From Gaiellaceae bacterium (GTDB lineage: Bacteria; Actinomycetota; Thermoleophilia; Gaiellales; Gaiellaceae): a stretch of 64,000 bases of DNA. The stretch is from positions 196-64,195 of the forward strand of contig DATIOF010000088.1 of assembly GCA_035473395.1 (NCBI GenBank), read 5' to 3'. The translations under genes and the position numbers were made by a program. The notes below the pieces were generated by a model. It was not told the DNA's origin and did no database searches. It saw only the letters and a list, made by a program, of their open reading frames with translations. The first letter of the stretch is position 1. Each line of letters starts with the position of its first letter. Shown one piece after another: positions 49,270 through 61,557 of the stretch.

Positions 49270-50208
49270 CTAGGCGTCGCCCGCGAGCTTGCGAGCGGCC
49301 ACGCCTGCGGCGTAGGCCGCGGCGAAGAATGCCGGGTCTTCGTCGGGCCCACGACCCATGTGCGACAGCGGCAGGCCGGCGGTGGCGTCGCGCCAGCCGT
49401 CTCCGTCCTCGCCCACGACCGCGTCGCCCCGGACGAGCGCGAGCACCGCCTCGGTGTGATGACTAACGCCACGGTGCCGCTCACGCTCGTCGGCGCCGGA
49501 CGCGCGCACCGCGATCACCGGCAGGCCCCCAAGCGCGAGCGCGGCGTTCGCGGCCTCCGCGGCAGCGAGCCCGCCATGCCCGAAGCGACTGCCGGTGCCG
49601 ACGATCCCGGGCCCGATCGCGCAGACCGCCACGTCGTGCTCCAGCCGCGCCCACGCGAGCGCCGACGCGACGGAGACGCTCTGCGCGTCGGCGTCGAAGC
49701 ACGGCGCGACCGCGATGGTGGACGCCACGAGCCCGCGCTTCTGCAACGCTCGAACCGCATCCGAGAGCGAGACGGGCAGCGCGCCCCCGCCCAGCTGGAC
49801 GTACGCGACGCGCAGACCGTCGAGCGCGGCGCAGACGGGTACGACCTGGCTGTGCAGCGAACAGCAGACGACGGGCATGCCGCCGAGCCCGTCGGCGAGC
49901 TCACCCGCCTCCTCCACGTGAACACGAGCGTGTTGCACCGGCGTGTACGGCAGCGCCATCACGTGCGCGCCCTCCTCGGCCGCTAGCTCGAGCCCTCGCG
50001 TCAGGTTCGCGTAGAGCACGTCGAAGCCGCCGGAGCCGAGCTCCAGCTCGCGCGCCTGCACGTTGACGAGCACCTCGTCGTCGAGCTCGACCGGCCCGGT
50101 CAGCGAGGGGTAGGCGACGCACGCGACTCCGTCCACCTCGAGCCTGACGAGCGCGTCGTCCCGCTCGGTGATCGCCGTCACCCGCCCGCGGCGCAGGCTA
50201 AGCGGCAT
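49270..50208 (-). CDS. DUF3866-family protein
   Basis: VACVAYPSLTGPVELDDEVLVNVQARELELGSGGFDVLYANL...PYTPVQH...GMPVVCCSLHSQ matches my recollection of DUF3866 proteins. Function unknown. Confidence 0.7.
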   Translation of the reverse strand: MPLSLRRGRVTAITERDDALVRLEVDGVACVAYPSLTGPVELDDEVLVNVQARELELGSGGFDVLYANLTRGLELAAEEGAHVMALPYTPVQHARVHVEEAGELADGLGGMPVVCCSLHSQVVPVCAALDGLRVAYVQLGGGALPVSLSDAVRALQKRGLVASTIAVAPCFDADAQSVSVASALAWARLEHDVAVCAIGPGIVGTGSRFGHGGLAAAEAANAALALGGLPVIAVRASGADERERHRGVSHHTEAVLALVRGDAVVGEDGDGWRDATAGLPLSHMGRGPDEDPAFFAAAYAAGVAARKLAGDA

Positions 50209-51331
50209 CGCCCGCCGCCGCGACGAGGGCCAGCGTCACGTCGACCATCTCGTGCAGGTCGGCGACCGCGATCCGCTCGTCCGGCGTGTGGATGTCGGTC
50301 ATGCCGTTGGCGAGGTTGACGCACTGCAGGCCTCGTTCGTTGAAGACGTTCGCATCCGCGCCACCGCCCGAGAAGATGTACGCCGGTTCGCGTCCCACGC
50401 GCTCGAGCGCCGAGGCCGCGAGTCGAACGGCGAGGTCGTCCTGGCGGAAGCGGTAACCGCGCGAGAGGCCCGAGACCTGCGTCTCGACCTCGCTTTCCTC
50501 GAGGCTCGCGGCGAAGGTGACCGTGTCGACCATCTCGCGGATCAGGTCGGCCAGCTTGCGCTCGTCGTGGCTGCGTGCCTCGGCGGCGAACTCGCACCAC
50601 TCGGGCACCACGTTCCGGGCCGTGCCTCCCGAGATCCGGCCGACGTTGGCCGAGGTCTCCTCGTCGAGCCGGCCGAGCCGAAGATCCGCGATCGCGCGCG
50701 CCGCGGCCGCGATCGCGGAGCGGCCCTCCTCCGGATACATGCCCGCGTGCGCCGCGCGGCCGTGGAAACGAACGTCGAGCTTCTGCTGGTGCGGCGCGCC
50801 GAGGACGATCTCGCCGATGGGGCCCGCGTGGTCGTAGACGTAGCCGACCTTCGCCGCGAGCCGCGACTCGTCGAACGCCGCCGCGCCGAGCAGGCCGACC
50901 TCCTCCTTCGGCGTGAAGAGCAGCTCCACGCCGGCATGCTCCCGGCCTTCCTCGACGAGGCGAGCCGTCGCCTCGAGCATCGCCGCCACCGCCGACTTGT
51001 CGTCGGCGCCGAGGATCGTGCCCGCGCCGTTGCGAACGACCTCGTCCTCGCCGACAACCGGCTCGATCGCCGCCTCGGGCGGGACGGTGTCGAGGTGGGC
51101 GCAGAAGAACACCCGCTCGCCCTCAGCCGAGCCCTCGAGCCGGCAATAGATGTTCCCCATCGTCGAGCCGACCACGGCCCCCGCCCCGTCTTCATCGGCC
51201 TCGAGCCCGAGCGCCGAGAGGTAGTCGTGCACCCGGTCGGCGACCGCCCGTTCCTCGCCCGGCGGGCTCGGCAGCGCCGCCAGCTCGACGAAGAGCGCGA
51301 GGACGTCTGGTGCCCACTCCGGCCTGGCCAC
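50198..51331 (-). CDS. M20-family metallopeptidase (PepT/tripeptidase-like)
   Basis: FFCAHLDTV...GADDKSAVAAMLEA...LFTPKEEVGLLGA...GGTARNVVPE...GGGADAN. Confidence 0.88.
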   Translation of the reverse strand: MARPEWAPDVLALFVELAALPSPPGEERAVADRVHDYLSALGLEADEDGAGAVVGSTMGNIYCRLEGSAEGERVFFCAHLDTVPPEAAIEPVVGEDEVVRNGAGTILGADDKSAVAAMLEATARLVEEGREHAGVELLFTPKEEVGLLGAAAFDESRLAAKVGYVYDHAGPIGEIVLGAPHQQKLDVRFHGRAAHAGMYPEEGRSAIAAAARAIADLRLGRLDEETSANVGRISGGTARNVVPEWCEFAAEARSHDERKLADLIREMVDTVTFAASLEESEVETQVSGLSRGYRFRQDDLAVRLAASALERVGREPAYIFSGGGADANVFNERGLQCVNLANGMTDIHTPDERIAVADLHEMVDVTLALVAAAGDAA

Positions 51332-51366
51332 TAGGCGATCGTAGACGGGCGCGGTACATTCACCGC

Positions 51367-54599
<3,233 letters not shown>

Positions 54600-54607
<8 letters not shown>

Positions 54608-55496
54608 CCGCAGTAGCGGCTGTGGCCGGCAGCGGCGGCAAGGCTCCGTCCGAGGCCGAGTCCTTGACGCCGTAATGGCCTGCGGGCTGCCCGGCGAGCA
54701 GCAGCATCAGGGCGAGCCGTCCGACCGACGTGTCCACGTCGTCCACGGTCGAGAGACCCGCCTGCCGGTAGACCGCCGTAGCCGAATCGGCCGCGTCCGT
54801 CTGCTCGGCGCCGACGGCAGGTACGCCGTTGGACCCGAGGCCTTCGTACAGCCCGAGCAGGAACTTCGTCGTCCCGCCGTGTTGTGGGGCGACGGTGCGC
54901 ACCACGACCACGCCGTCCGCCGGCATCTTGTTGCCCCCGTGCTGCTCCTCGACGAGGGACGCACCGTTGGCAAGCGAGTCGAGCAGCGGCGTGTCGCCGC
55001 CGACCACGAGCTCCTGACCGAGTGACTGGCCCAGGCGCTCCAGGTTCGCCTTGCCCCGCAGCCCCCTCGCCGCCGGCTGGCCTTTGAGCGCGGTCTCGAA
55101 CTGCTTGACGTCGATCGGCACCTTCAGCGCCCGCAGACGCACCTGCTGCGCGCCCGCGTCGGTCAGGGCCTGGGTGACCGACGAGCGGGTGCCACGGTCG
55201 ACCGAGCCGACGAAGACCACGGCGACCTGCTTGCCCTTCAGCCGGTTGTGCGCGAGCGTCGGGTACGTCTCGTTGATGAAGGTCTGGGCAGCCACGCGCT
55301 CGCGCGCCCGGTCGGCCGACTGGGTTGACCTGTTGTCGAGGCGGCGCTGCAGGCTCGCGACTTCGTCCTGCAGGAATTTCGTCTTCGCGCTGTCGACGAC
55401 GCCGCTGTCGGAGATGCCGACGCCGACCAGGATCCCGATGATCAGCGCGAGGAAGACGGCCGCCAGCGAGGCGACGTGGTAGCGGAGGTCGAACAT
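54600..55496 (-). CDS. MctB/SteB-like membrane-anchored protein (copper transporter family DUF3186)
   Basis: MFDLRYHVASLAAVFLALIIGILVGVG...coiled coil...VVFVG. Its position between steA and pyrG matches actinobacterial steB/mctB. The start is placed at Met22 of the track ORF. Confidence 0.75.
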
Positions 55497-55659
55497 CAGT
55501 GCCCTTTCAGGTAGTGCCGTCCACCCTCTGGGTCGCGAGCACCAAGCCAGGGGCCGCACTCGTCCGCAGCCGAGGCTGACTGCCTCGGCAAGGGCGAGGG
55601 TGGTTCCTGGCGCAGCGTGATCGCGGGCCAGAGGCGGACATGTGCTGCCTGGAAGGGCA
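55497..55659 (-). ncRNA. Candidate structured cis-regulatory leader RNA, copy 1 (upstream of the steB-like gene)
   Basis: 163-nt spacer that aligns ungapped with 62234-62396 at 128/163 positions (hand count). The outer helices covary around an invariant core. The 3' strand of the closing helix ends 2 nt before the AUG. Confidence 0.6.
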
Positions 55660-56082
55660 CTAGAGCTCGGCGGCAGTCTGGCACAGGGCGTAGAGGCGAT
55701 TGAGCGCGGTCCGCGGGAACGAACGGCGCAGTCCGACTAGGAACGGCCCGCTGACCGTCAGCTCGACGTTCGTGTGATGGTTGCCTGCGTCCTCGAGCGC
55801 GATCTCGACATCCAGGCGCTCGGTGGTCATGTACCAGGTGGCGCGCATCGGCGGCTCGACCTCGATCACTTGCAGCATGGACTCGGAGGCGGGCCGGCGC
55901 AGCAGCGAGGGCCGCATCGGGGCGTGCAGCTTCCAGCGCGCGCCGGGGGCAAGGCCGCGGCGGTCGGGCGTGACGGCGGCGACCCCAGGCCACCAGTCGG
56001 ACAGATGCCGTGGCTCGGCCAGGAAGAGCCAGACGTCCTCCAGCGGGGCGAGGAGCTCCTTGCGGGCGGTGTAGCTCGGCAT
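55660..56082 (-). CDS. SRPBCC (START/polyketide cyclase-like) family protein
   Basis: 140 aa: ...APLEDVWLFLAEPRHLSDWWPGV... Typical SRPBCC N-terminal pattern. Confidence 0.7.
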   Translation of the reverse strand: MPSYTARKELLAPLEDVWLFLAEPRHLSDWWPGVAAVTPDRRGLAPGARWKLHAPMRPSLLRRPASESMLQVIEVEPPMRATWYMTTERLDVEIALEDAGNHHTNVELTVSGPFLVGLRRSFPRTALNRLYALCQTAAEL

Positions 56083-56094
56083 GGCGGCTCGACG

Positions 56095-57228
56095 CTACCC
56101 GAGGCCGAGCAGGTCACGGATCCGCTGGCTGAGCAGTCCGATGAAGTGCCGCAGGCCGGGCGAGGCGACGATCGCCACCACGACCGCCCCGAGCCCGGCG
56201 GCGGCGAACAGGATCAGCGGCCAGAGCCCGACCTGGCGGCTGACCAGGCGGGAGACGCCCTTCGCGTCGATCAGGATCTCCCCCACCTTGAGCCGCGTGA
56301 CGAACGTCGAGGACATGCCCGCGCGGTCGCGCTCGAGGAACTCGGTCAGGTTGAAGTGCGTGCCGACGGCGACGATCAGCTCGGCGCCCTTCTCGAAGGC
56401 GAGCAGCAGCGCAATGTCCTCGCTGATCCCGGGCGCCGAGACCGACGAGTACCGCAAGCCGAGCCGCTCGAGCCGCGGCGCGCCGGGCGCTTCGCCGTCA
56501 CGGTACGCGTGAACCATCAGCTCAGCTCCGCAGCGCAGGGCGCCGTCGGAGACCGAGTCCATGTCGCCGACGATCACGTTCGGCGTCATCCCGCCTGCCA
56601 GCAGCGCGTCGGCGCCACCGTCGACGCCGATGAGCACCGGCTTGAAGTCCCGCACGTAGGGCCGGACGATCGCGAGATCGCGCTTGTAGCCCGGGCCGCG
56701 CGCGACGACGAGCGCGTGCCGGTCGCGGAAGCGCGTCTCGAGCGCTGGAAACTCGACGCCCTCGGCGAGCAGCCGCCCCTCGTCGAGCAGGTAGCGGAGC
56801 GTGTTCTCCGCGAAGCCCTCGAGCGCCTCGGTCACCCGGCCCTGCTGCTCGGCCAGCGCCCGGGCGAGCTCTTCGGCCTCGAGCGTCCGCCCGTTCACCA
56901 GGCAGCTGCCGTTCCGGAAGACGCTGGCGCCGCGAACGCTGACGTCCTCCCCGTCGCTGAGCTCGTCGAACAGCGGCGCACCGGGCGCGTCGATCAGCCG
57001 AACACCGCCTCGCACGAGCAGGAGCGGCCCCGGGTTCGGGAAGCGCCCGGTCTGGGAGCGCGCGACATTCACGACCACGCGCACGCCGGACTCGAGCAGC
57101 TCTTCGGCCGAGACGCGGTCGATGTCCTGGTGGTCGATGATCGCGACGTCGCCCGGCCCGAGACGGCCGACGAGGTTCTTGGTGCGGCGGCCGAGGCGCG
57201 CCCGGCCAGTGAACTCGACGAAGCTCAT
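56095..57228 (-). CDS. steA: SteA-family putative cytokinetic ring protein
   Basis: GRARLGRRTKNLVGRLGPGDVAIIDHQDIDRVSAEEL...VIVGDMDSV...C-terminal TM. Conserved recN-steA order. Confidence 0.85.
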   Translation of the reverse strand: MSFVEFTGRARLGRRTKNLVGRLGPGDVAIIDHQDIDRVSAEELLESGVRVVVNVARSQTGRFPNPGPLLLVRGGVRLIDAPGAPLFDELSDGEDVSVRGASVFRNGSCLVNGRTLEAEELARALAEQQGRVTEALEGFAENTLRYLLDEGRLLAEGVEFPALETRFRDRHALVVARGPGYKRDLAIVRPYVRDFKPVLIGVDGGADALLAGGMTPNVIVGDMDSVSDGALRCGAELMVHAYRDGEAPGAPRLERLGLRYSSVSAPGISEDIALLLAFEKGAELIVAVGTHFNLTEFLERDRAGMSSTFVTRLKVGEILIDAKGVSRLVSRQVGLWPLILFAAAGLGAVVVAIVASPGLRHFIGLLSQRIRDLLGLG

Positions 57229-58859
57229 CGTTCCTGCTGGACGGCCGCGATGAACTGCTCGCCGCCGAGCATCCGCTGCAGCTCCTCGCGCCGCTCGTCG
57301 TCGCCGAGCTCCGTGATGGTCGTGTGCGTCGGGTCGCCGGGAACCTTCTCGACGCGGAAGTGGCGCTCGGCCAGCGATGCAATTTGCGGCAGGTGCGTGA
57401 TCGTCACGACCTGGGCGCGCTCGGCCAGACGGCGCAGCGTCTCGCCGACGGCGTGCGCGGTCTCGCCTCCGATGCCGGCGTCGATCTCGTCGAAGACCAT
57501 CGTCTCCCCGCCGCCGACCGCTGCGATCGCGAGCGCGATCCGCGAGAGCTCGCCGCCGGAGGCCGTCTCGGCAACTGGGGCGAACGGGAGCCCTTCGTTT
57601 GGCCGGATCAGGAACGAGACCTCGTCGGCTCCGCCAGCTGACGGCTCGCGCTCGCGCAGCTCGACGCGGAACTCGCCCTCGCCGAGGCCGATCCCCCGTA
57701 GCTCCTTGGCAACCGCTGCCGCGAACGGCTCGGCCGCTGCTCGGCGGGCGGTGCGCAGCTCGTCGGCGAGACCGGCGACCTTGGCCTCCGCCTCGGCAAG
57801 CGCCTGCGCAGCGGCGGCGGCAGGGTCGGTCCCGCCCTCCAGCGCCCCGAGCTCGGCTCGCGCCTCGGCCGCCCGCGCCAGCAGCTCCTCGTAGCGCTCG
57901 CAGCGGAAGCGACGCCTCGTCTCGGCAATCCGGTCGAGCTCCGACTCGATCTGCTCGAGCCGGTCCGGCTCGGCCTCGAGCGAGGCGAGGAAGGCGCGGA
58001 GCTCCGAAGCCGTCTCGCGCAGCCGCAGCTCGACGTCGCGTAGCTCGTTCCCGGCCCGCTCGAGCTCCGGGGCGAGCCGCTCGAGCGGCGCGATCGCCCG
58101 CTCGGCGTGTGCGACGAGGCCCGAAGCGCCCTCGCCGTCCTCAGGCGCGAGCGACTCACCGGCCGCGGCGACGCCTTCCGCAAGCTCGGTGACGTGGCGA
58201 AGCCGCTCGCGCTCGGCGCGGAGGCTCGTTTCGGTCCCGGGCTCGAGCCCTTCGGTGTCCTCGACGAGCGCCCGCAGCTCGGCGAGCCGAGCCTCCACCG
58301 CAGCCGCGTCGCGGGTCAGCTCGTCGTGCCGCCGTCGCGCGCCGCCAAGCTCGCGCCAGGCTGCTCGTAGCGCGGCGCGGCGCCTGAGCTGGTCGTCGCC
58401 CGCGAACCCGTCGAGCAGGTCGAGCTGGTACGCGGGGCGCGCGAGGCGGCGCTGCTCGAACTGCCCCGACATCGCCACGAGCCGTTCGGCCGCGGCAGCC
58501 ACGTCCTCGCGTGCGGCGCTCCGGCCCCAGGCGTAGGCGCGTGTGCGGCCGTCCGGGAAGACGCGCCGCGCGAGCACGAGCCCTTCCTCGTCCTCGGGCC
58601 GTAGCTCGGCCAGCGTGGCGGTTTCCTCGTCGTCGAAGAAGCCCGCCGGGGGCTCGAGCTCGACCTCGACATAGGCCTCGTCGCCGTCCGGGCCAACGAG
58701 GGCCATGTCGCCGCGCGCGCCGAGCAGGAGGCCGATCGCCTGCGCGAGGATCGTCTTGCCGGCGCCGGTCTCGCCGGTGATCGCGTTCAGCCCCGGCGCG
58801 AGCACGAGCTCGGCCTCGCGGATCAGGACGAGATTCTCGATACGGAGCCGGCGAAGCAC
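57225..58859 (-). CDS. recN: DNA repair protein RecN
   Basis: LRRLRIENLVLIREAELVLAPGLNAITGETGAGKTIL...LSGGELSRIALA...FDEIDAGIGG. GTG start. Confidence 0.95.
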   Translation of the reverse strand: MLRRLRIENLVLIREAELVLAPGLNAITGETGAGKTILAQAIGLLLGARGDMALVGPDGDEAYVEVELEPPAGFFDDEETATLAELRPEDEEGLVLARRVFPDGRTRAYAWGRSAAREDVAAAAERLVAMSGQFEQRRLARPAYQLDLLDGFAGDDQLRRRAALRAAWRELGGARRRHDELTRDAAAVEARLAELRALVEDTEGLEPGTETSLRAERERLRHVTELAEGVAAAGESLAPEDGEGASGLVAHAERAIAPLERLAPELERAGNELRDVELRLRETASELRAFLASLEAEPDRLEQIESELDRIAETRRRFRCERYEELLARAAEARAELGALEGGTDPAAAAAQALAEAEAKVAGLADELRTARRAAAEPFAAAVAKELRGIGLGEGEFRVELREREPSAGGADEVSFLIRPNEGLPFAPVAETASGGELSRIALAIAAVGGGETMVFDEIDAGIGGETAHAVGETLRRLAERAQVVTITHLPQIASLAERHFRVEKVPGDPTHTTITELGDDERREELQRMLGGEQFIAAVQQER

Positions 58860-59023
58860 GCCTGGATGCTACGTTCGCCGGCCGCGGGCGGCGACCCGCC
58901 CAAACCGCCACGCCGCGCCGGGTTTATGTTCACGCGCGCCCCCGGGTGGGAGGGGGTTAGGGACGGTACCGGTCCGATGCGCGCGTAGGTGTGACGGGAT
59001 CGTGCCGATTGTGTGCCGATCCG

Positions 59024-59881
59024 TTACTCGGAGACGAACGTCCGCCGGTAGCGGCTTAAGAACGTGCTCTCCGGGAGCGTCGCCAGCAGGCTCCGCTCTT
59101 CCGAGAGCCTCGCCTCGACCTGGGCGCCGGGCACCAGCTCATGCACCTGCTGGCCGTCGGCGAGCACTGTCGCGCTCACGTCGGGCGTGCCGTTGGTGAC
59201 GGTCAGCGCGCGGCCGTGCGGCACCACCAGCGGCCGCGCGTGCAGCGAGTGCGGCGCGACGAAGGTGATCGCCATCGCGTCCAGCCCCCACACGAGCACG
59301 GGGCCGCCGTTCGAGAGGTTGTAGGCCGTCGAGCCGGAGGGAGTCGAGCAGATCAACCCGTCGCAGGGCTGCAGGCCGAGGTCCTCGCCTCCGATCGCCC
59401 AGCCGAGCTCGATCATGCGGCCGATCGTCGAGCTGGCCACGACCATGTCGTTGACCGCCAGCCACCGTTCGCCTTCGGCCGCCACCTCCAACGCGGGCAG
59501 CTCGACCAGCTCGAGCTCGCCGGCGAAGGCGCGGCGAAGACCTTCGTCGATCGAGCCGGCCTCGATCGAAGTGAGGAAGCCGACGCGCCCGAGGTTGACG
59601 CCGAGCACGGGCACGCCGGTGCCGAGGAAGCGCCTCAGCGCCCGCAGCATCGTCCCGTCCCCGCCGAGCACGACCGCGAGGTCCGCCGTCGCGATGTCGG
59701 CGCCGCCGCCGTCGCCGTGCTTGGCGGCCTCCTCTTCCGGCAGCAGCAGCTCGATCTGATCCTCGGCGAGCGCGCGCAGCTGCTCGAGCGCCTCACCGCT
59801 CGTCTCCGGCCGGCCGTGCGTGATCACGGCGACCCGCTTGATCTCAGGCAGTGGCGTCGGCGATCCAGTCTTCGAGCTCAT
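59024..59881 (-). CDS. nadK: NAD kinase
   Basis: VLGGDGTMLRA...GVNLGRVGFLT...NDMVV...DGLICSTPSGSTAYNLS. Confidence 0.93.
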   Translation of the reverse strand: MSSKTGSPTPLPEIKRVAVITHGRPETSGEALEQLRALAEDQIELLLPEEEAAKHGDGGGADIATADLAVVLGGDGTMLRALRRFLGTGVPVLGVNLGRVGFLTSIEAGSIDEGLRRAFAGELELVELPALEVAAEGERWLAVNDMVVASSTIGRMIELGWAIGGEDLGLQPCDGLICSTPSGSTAYNLSNGGPVLVWGLDAMAITFVAPHSLHARPLVVPHGRALTVTNGTPDVSATVLADGQQVHELVPGAQVEARLSEERSLLATLPESTFLSRYRRTFVSE

Positions 59882-60605
59882 CGGGATTCTCCGGCCGCTC
59901 GCGCTGGACGAGATGCAGGAAGAACTCGCGGTTCCCCTTCGGGCCGGGCAGGCCGGAGTCTACGACGCCGGCTACCTGCGACCCCCACGTCGGCGCGTCG
60001 GCGGCGACCTCGAGCAGCACGCGCCTCCAGACGCCAGGGTCGCGGACGACGCCGCGGGGAGCCTCGGCGCGACTAGCCTCGAACTGCGGCTTTACGAGCA
60101 CGACCGCCTCCCAGCCCGTAGCGGCCAGGGCCAGCGCCGGCCCCAGTGCCTTGCGCACGCTGATGAACGAGACGTCGCAGACGACGAGCTGCGGCGCGAA
60201 CGGCAACTCAGTGATCTCGCGCACGTTCGTCCGCTCGAGCACGGTCACCCGCAGGTCGGCGCGGATGCGCGGATGCAGCTGTCCGTAGCCGACGTCCAGC
60301 GCGACCACGCGGGCGGCGCCGCGCTGGAGCAGCACGTCGGTGAAGCCGCCGGTCGACGCGCCGACGTCCAGGGCGTCGCGGCCGGCCACGTCGACCGCGA
60401 ACGCCTCCAGCGCGTGGTCGAGCTTCTCGCCCCCGCGCGAGACGAAGCGCGGCGCCTCGGTCACGGTCAGCTCGGCCGTCTCCTCGACCTGCTGGCCGGC
60501 CTTCTCGTAGCCCGGCACACGTCCGGCCAGCACCATTGCCTGCGCCTGAGTGCGGCTCTCTGCGAGCCCGCGCTCGACGAGCAGGACGTCGAGCCGTTTC
60601 TTCAG
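59844..60605 (-). CDS. tlyA: TlyA-family rRNA 2'-O-methyltransferase (S4 domain plus FtsJ-like domain)
   Basis: The track ORF starts at Met 60536. The same frame upstream encodes the S4 N-terminus (L)KKRLDVLLVERGLAESRTQAQA with no ATG, GTG or TTG. The CTG at 60605-60603 overlaps the upstream stop (CTGA). FtsJ part: DVGASTGGFTDVLL...DVSFIS. Confidence 0.85.
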   Translation of the reverse strand: MKKRLDVLLVERGLAESRTQAQAMVLAGRVPGYEKAGQQVEETAELTVTEAPRFVSRGGEKLDHALEAFAVDVAGRDALDVGASTGGFTDVLLQRGAARVVALDVGYGQLHPRIRADLRVTVLERTNVREITELPFAPQLVVCDVSFISVRKALGPALALAATGWEAVVLVKPQFEASRAEAPRGVVRDPGVWRRVLLEVAADAPTWGSQVAGVVDSGLPGPKGNREFFLHLVQRERPENPDELEDWIADATA

Positions 60606-61372
60606 GAGGTTCGGACCGCGAGGTCGTCGACGATGCCTTCGAGCACGGTCGTGTCGGCGTCGACCTCCGTCAGGGCGGCGCGAGCCCGCTCGGCGGTCTC
60701 GTCCGCCAGGACGCGTGCCCCGTCGGCGCCGTGCTCGAGCACGTAGCCGTCCTCGTCGAGGATGTCGTCCACGATCTGGAACAAGAGGCCAACCTCATTC
60801 GCGAAGGCACGCCAGGGCTTCTGCTCGGACTCCGGCACCTCGGCCACCCAGAGCGCGCACGCGACGGACGCCGAGAAGAGACAGCCCGTCTTCAGCCGGT
60901 GCAGCGCAGCGAGGTCGTCACCGCCGCCGGTGATGTCGAGGTACTGCCCGCCGATCATCCCGAGCGTCGCCTGCACGAGCTCGCGCGCGACCGCCGGCGA
61001 GGGGTACGAGAGCGCGAGTCGCAGCGCCTCGGCGAGCAGGGCGTCGCCGGCGAGCACCGCGACCGCCTCGCCGTAGGCCGCCCAGGTACTCGGCCGGCCG
61101 CGGCGCTGCTCGTCGTTGTCGAGGGCCGGCAGGTCGTCGTGGACGAGCGAGAAGTTGTGCACGAGCTCGAGCGCCGCCGCCGCCGGCAGCGCCGCCTCCG
61201 GCTCGGCACCCGCCGCCTCGGCGGTCGCAAGGCAGAGCACCGGCCGGACGCGCTTGCCGCCTCCCGCCAGCGCGTGCCGCATCGACTCCTCGAGCCCGCC
61301 GAGCTCCGGGGTCAGCGCCAGCTCACCGAGGTACGACTCGACGATCCCGCGCAGCTCGTCGGAAGAGGTCAC
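60602..61372 (-). CDS. Polyprenyl (farnesyl/geranylgeranyl) diphosphate synthase
   Basis: GGKRVRPVLCL...LVHDDLPALDNDEQRRG...FQIVDDILD. The GTG at 61372 overlaps the xseB stop (GTGA). Confidence 0.9.
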   Translation of the reverse strand: MTSSDELRGIVESYLGELALTPELGGLEESMRHALAGGGKRVRPVLCLATAEAAGAEPEAALPAAAALELVHNFSLVHDDLPALDNDEQRRGRPSTWAAYGEAVAVLAGDALLAEALRLALSYPSPAVARELVQATLGMIGGQYLDITGGGDDLAALHRLKTGCLFSASVACALWVAEVPESEQKPWRAFANEVGLLFQIVDDILDEDGYVLEHGADGARVLADETAERARAALTEVDADTTVLEGIVDDLAVRTS

Positions 61373-61557
61373 GACTCCGCCGCCCGCTTGGCCTGCTGCA
61401 GCTGCGCCTCGACCTCCTTGGCGATCTCCGCCAGCTCGGAGAGGATCTCGATCGCCTCGTCCGGGTCCTTCGTCTCCTCCAGCTTGGCGCGCGTGCGCTC
61501 GAGCCGGTCGAGCAGCTCCTCTGCGCTCCGCAGTCGCTCCTCTGCGGCGTCGCTCAT
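61369..61557 (-). CDS. xseB: Exodeoxyribonuclease VII small subunit
   Basis: 62 aa helical: ...LRSAEELLDRLERTRAKLEETKDPDEAIEILSELAEIAKEVEAQL. The ATG overlaps the nusB stop (ATGA). Confidence 0.8.
   Translation of the reverse strand: MSDAAEERLRSAEELLDRLERTRAKLEETKDPDEAIEILSELAEIAKEVEAQLQQAKRAAES

Noticed and set aside
55497-55659. MITE or mobile-repeat interpretation of the 163-nt element: 13-bp terminal inverted repeats next to CTAG.
   Set aside because: I see no target-site duplication. The terminal inverted sequences differ between copies yet remain complementary, which is covariation rather than conserved transposase-binding ends. Both copies are positioned exactly from a stop codon to a start codon and supply the ribosome-binding site. 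This cannot be fully excluded without genome-wide copy counts.
58862-58879. LexA box upstream of recN (CGAAC-GTAG-CATCC on the minus strand).
   Set aside because: The second half-site matches only 2 of 4 core bases, which is not enough to call an SOS box.
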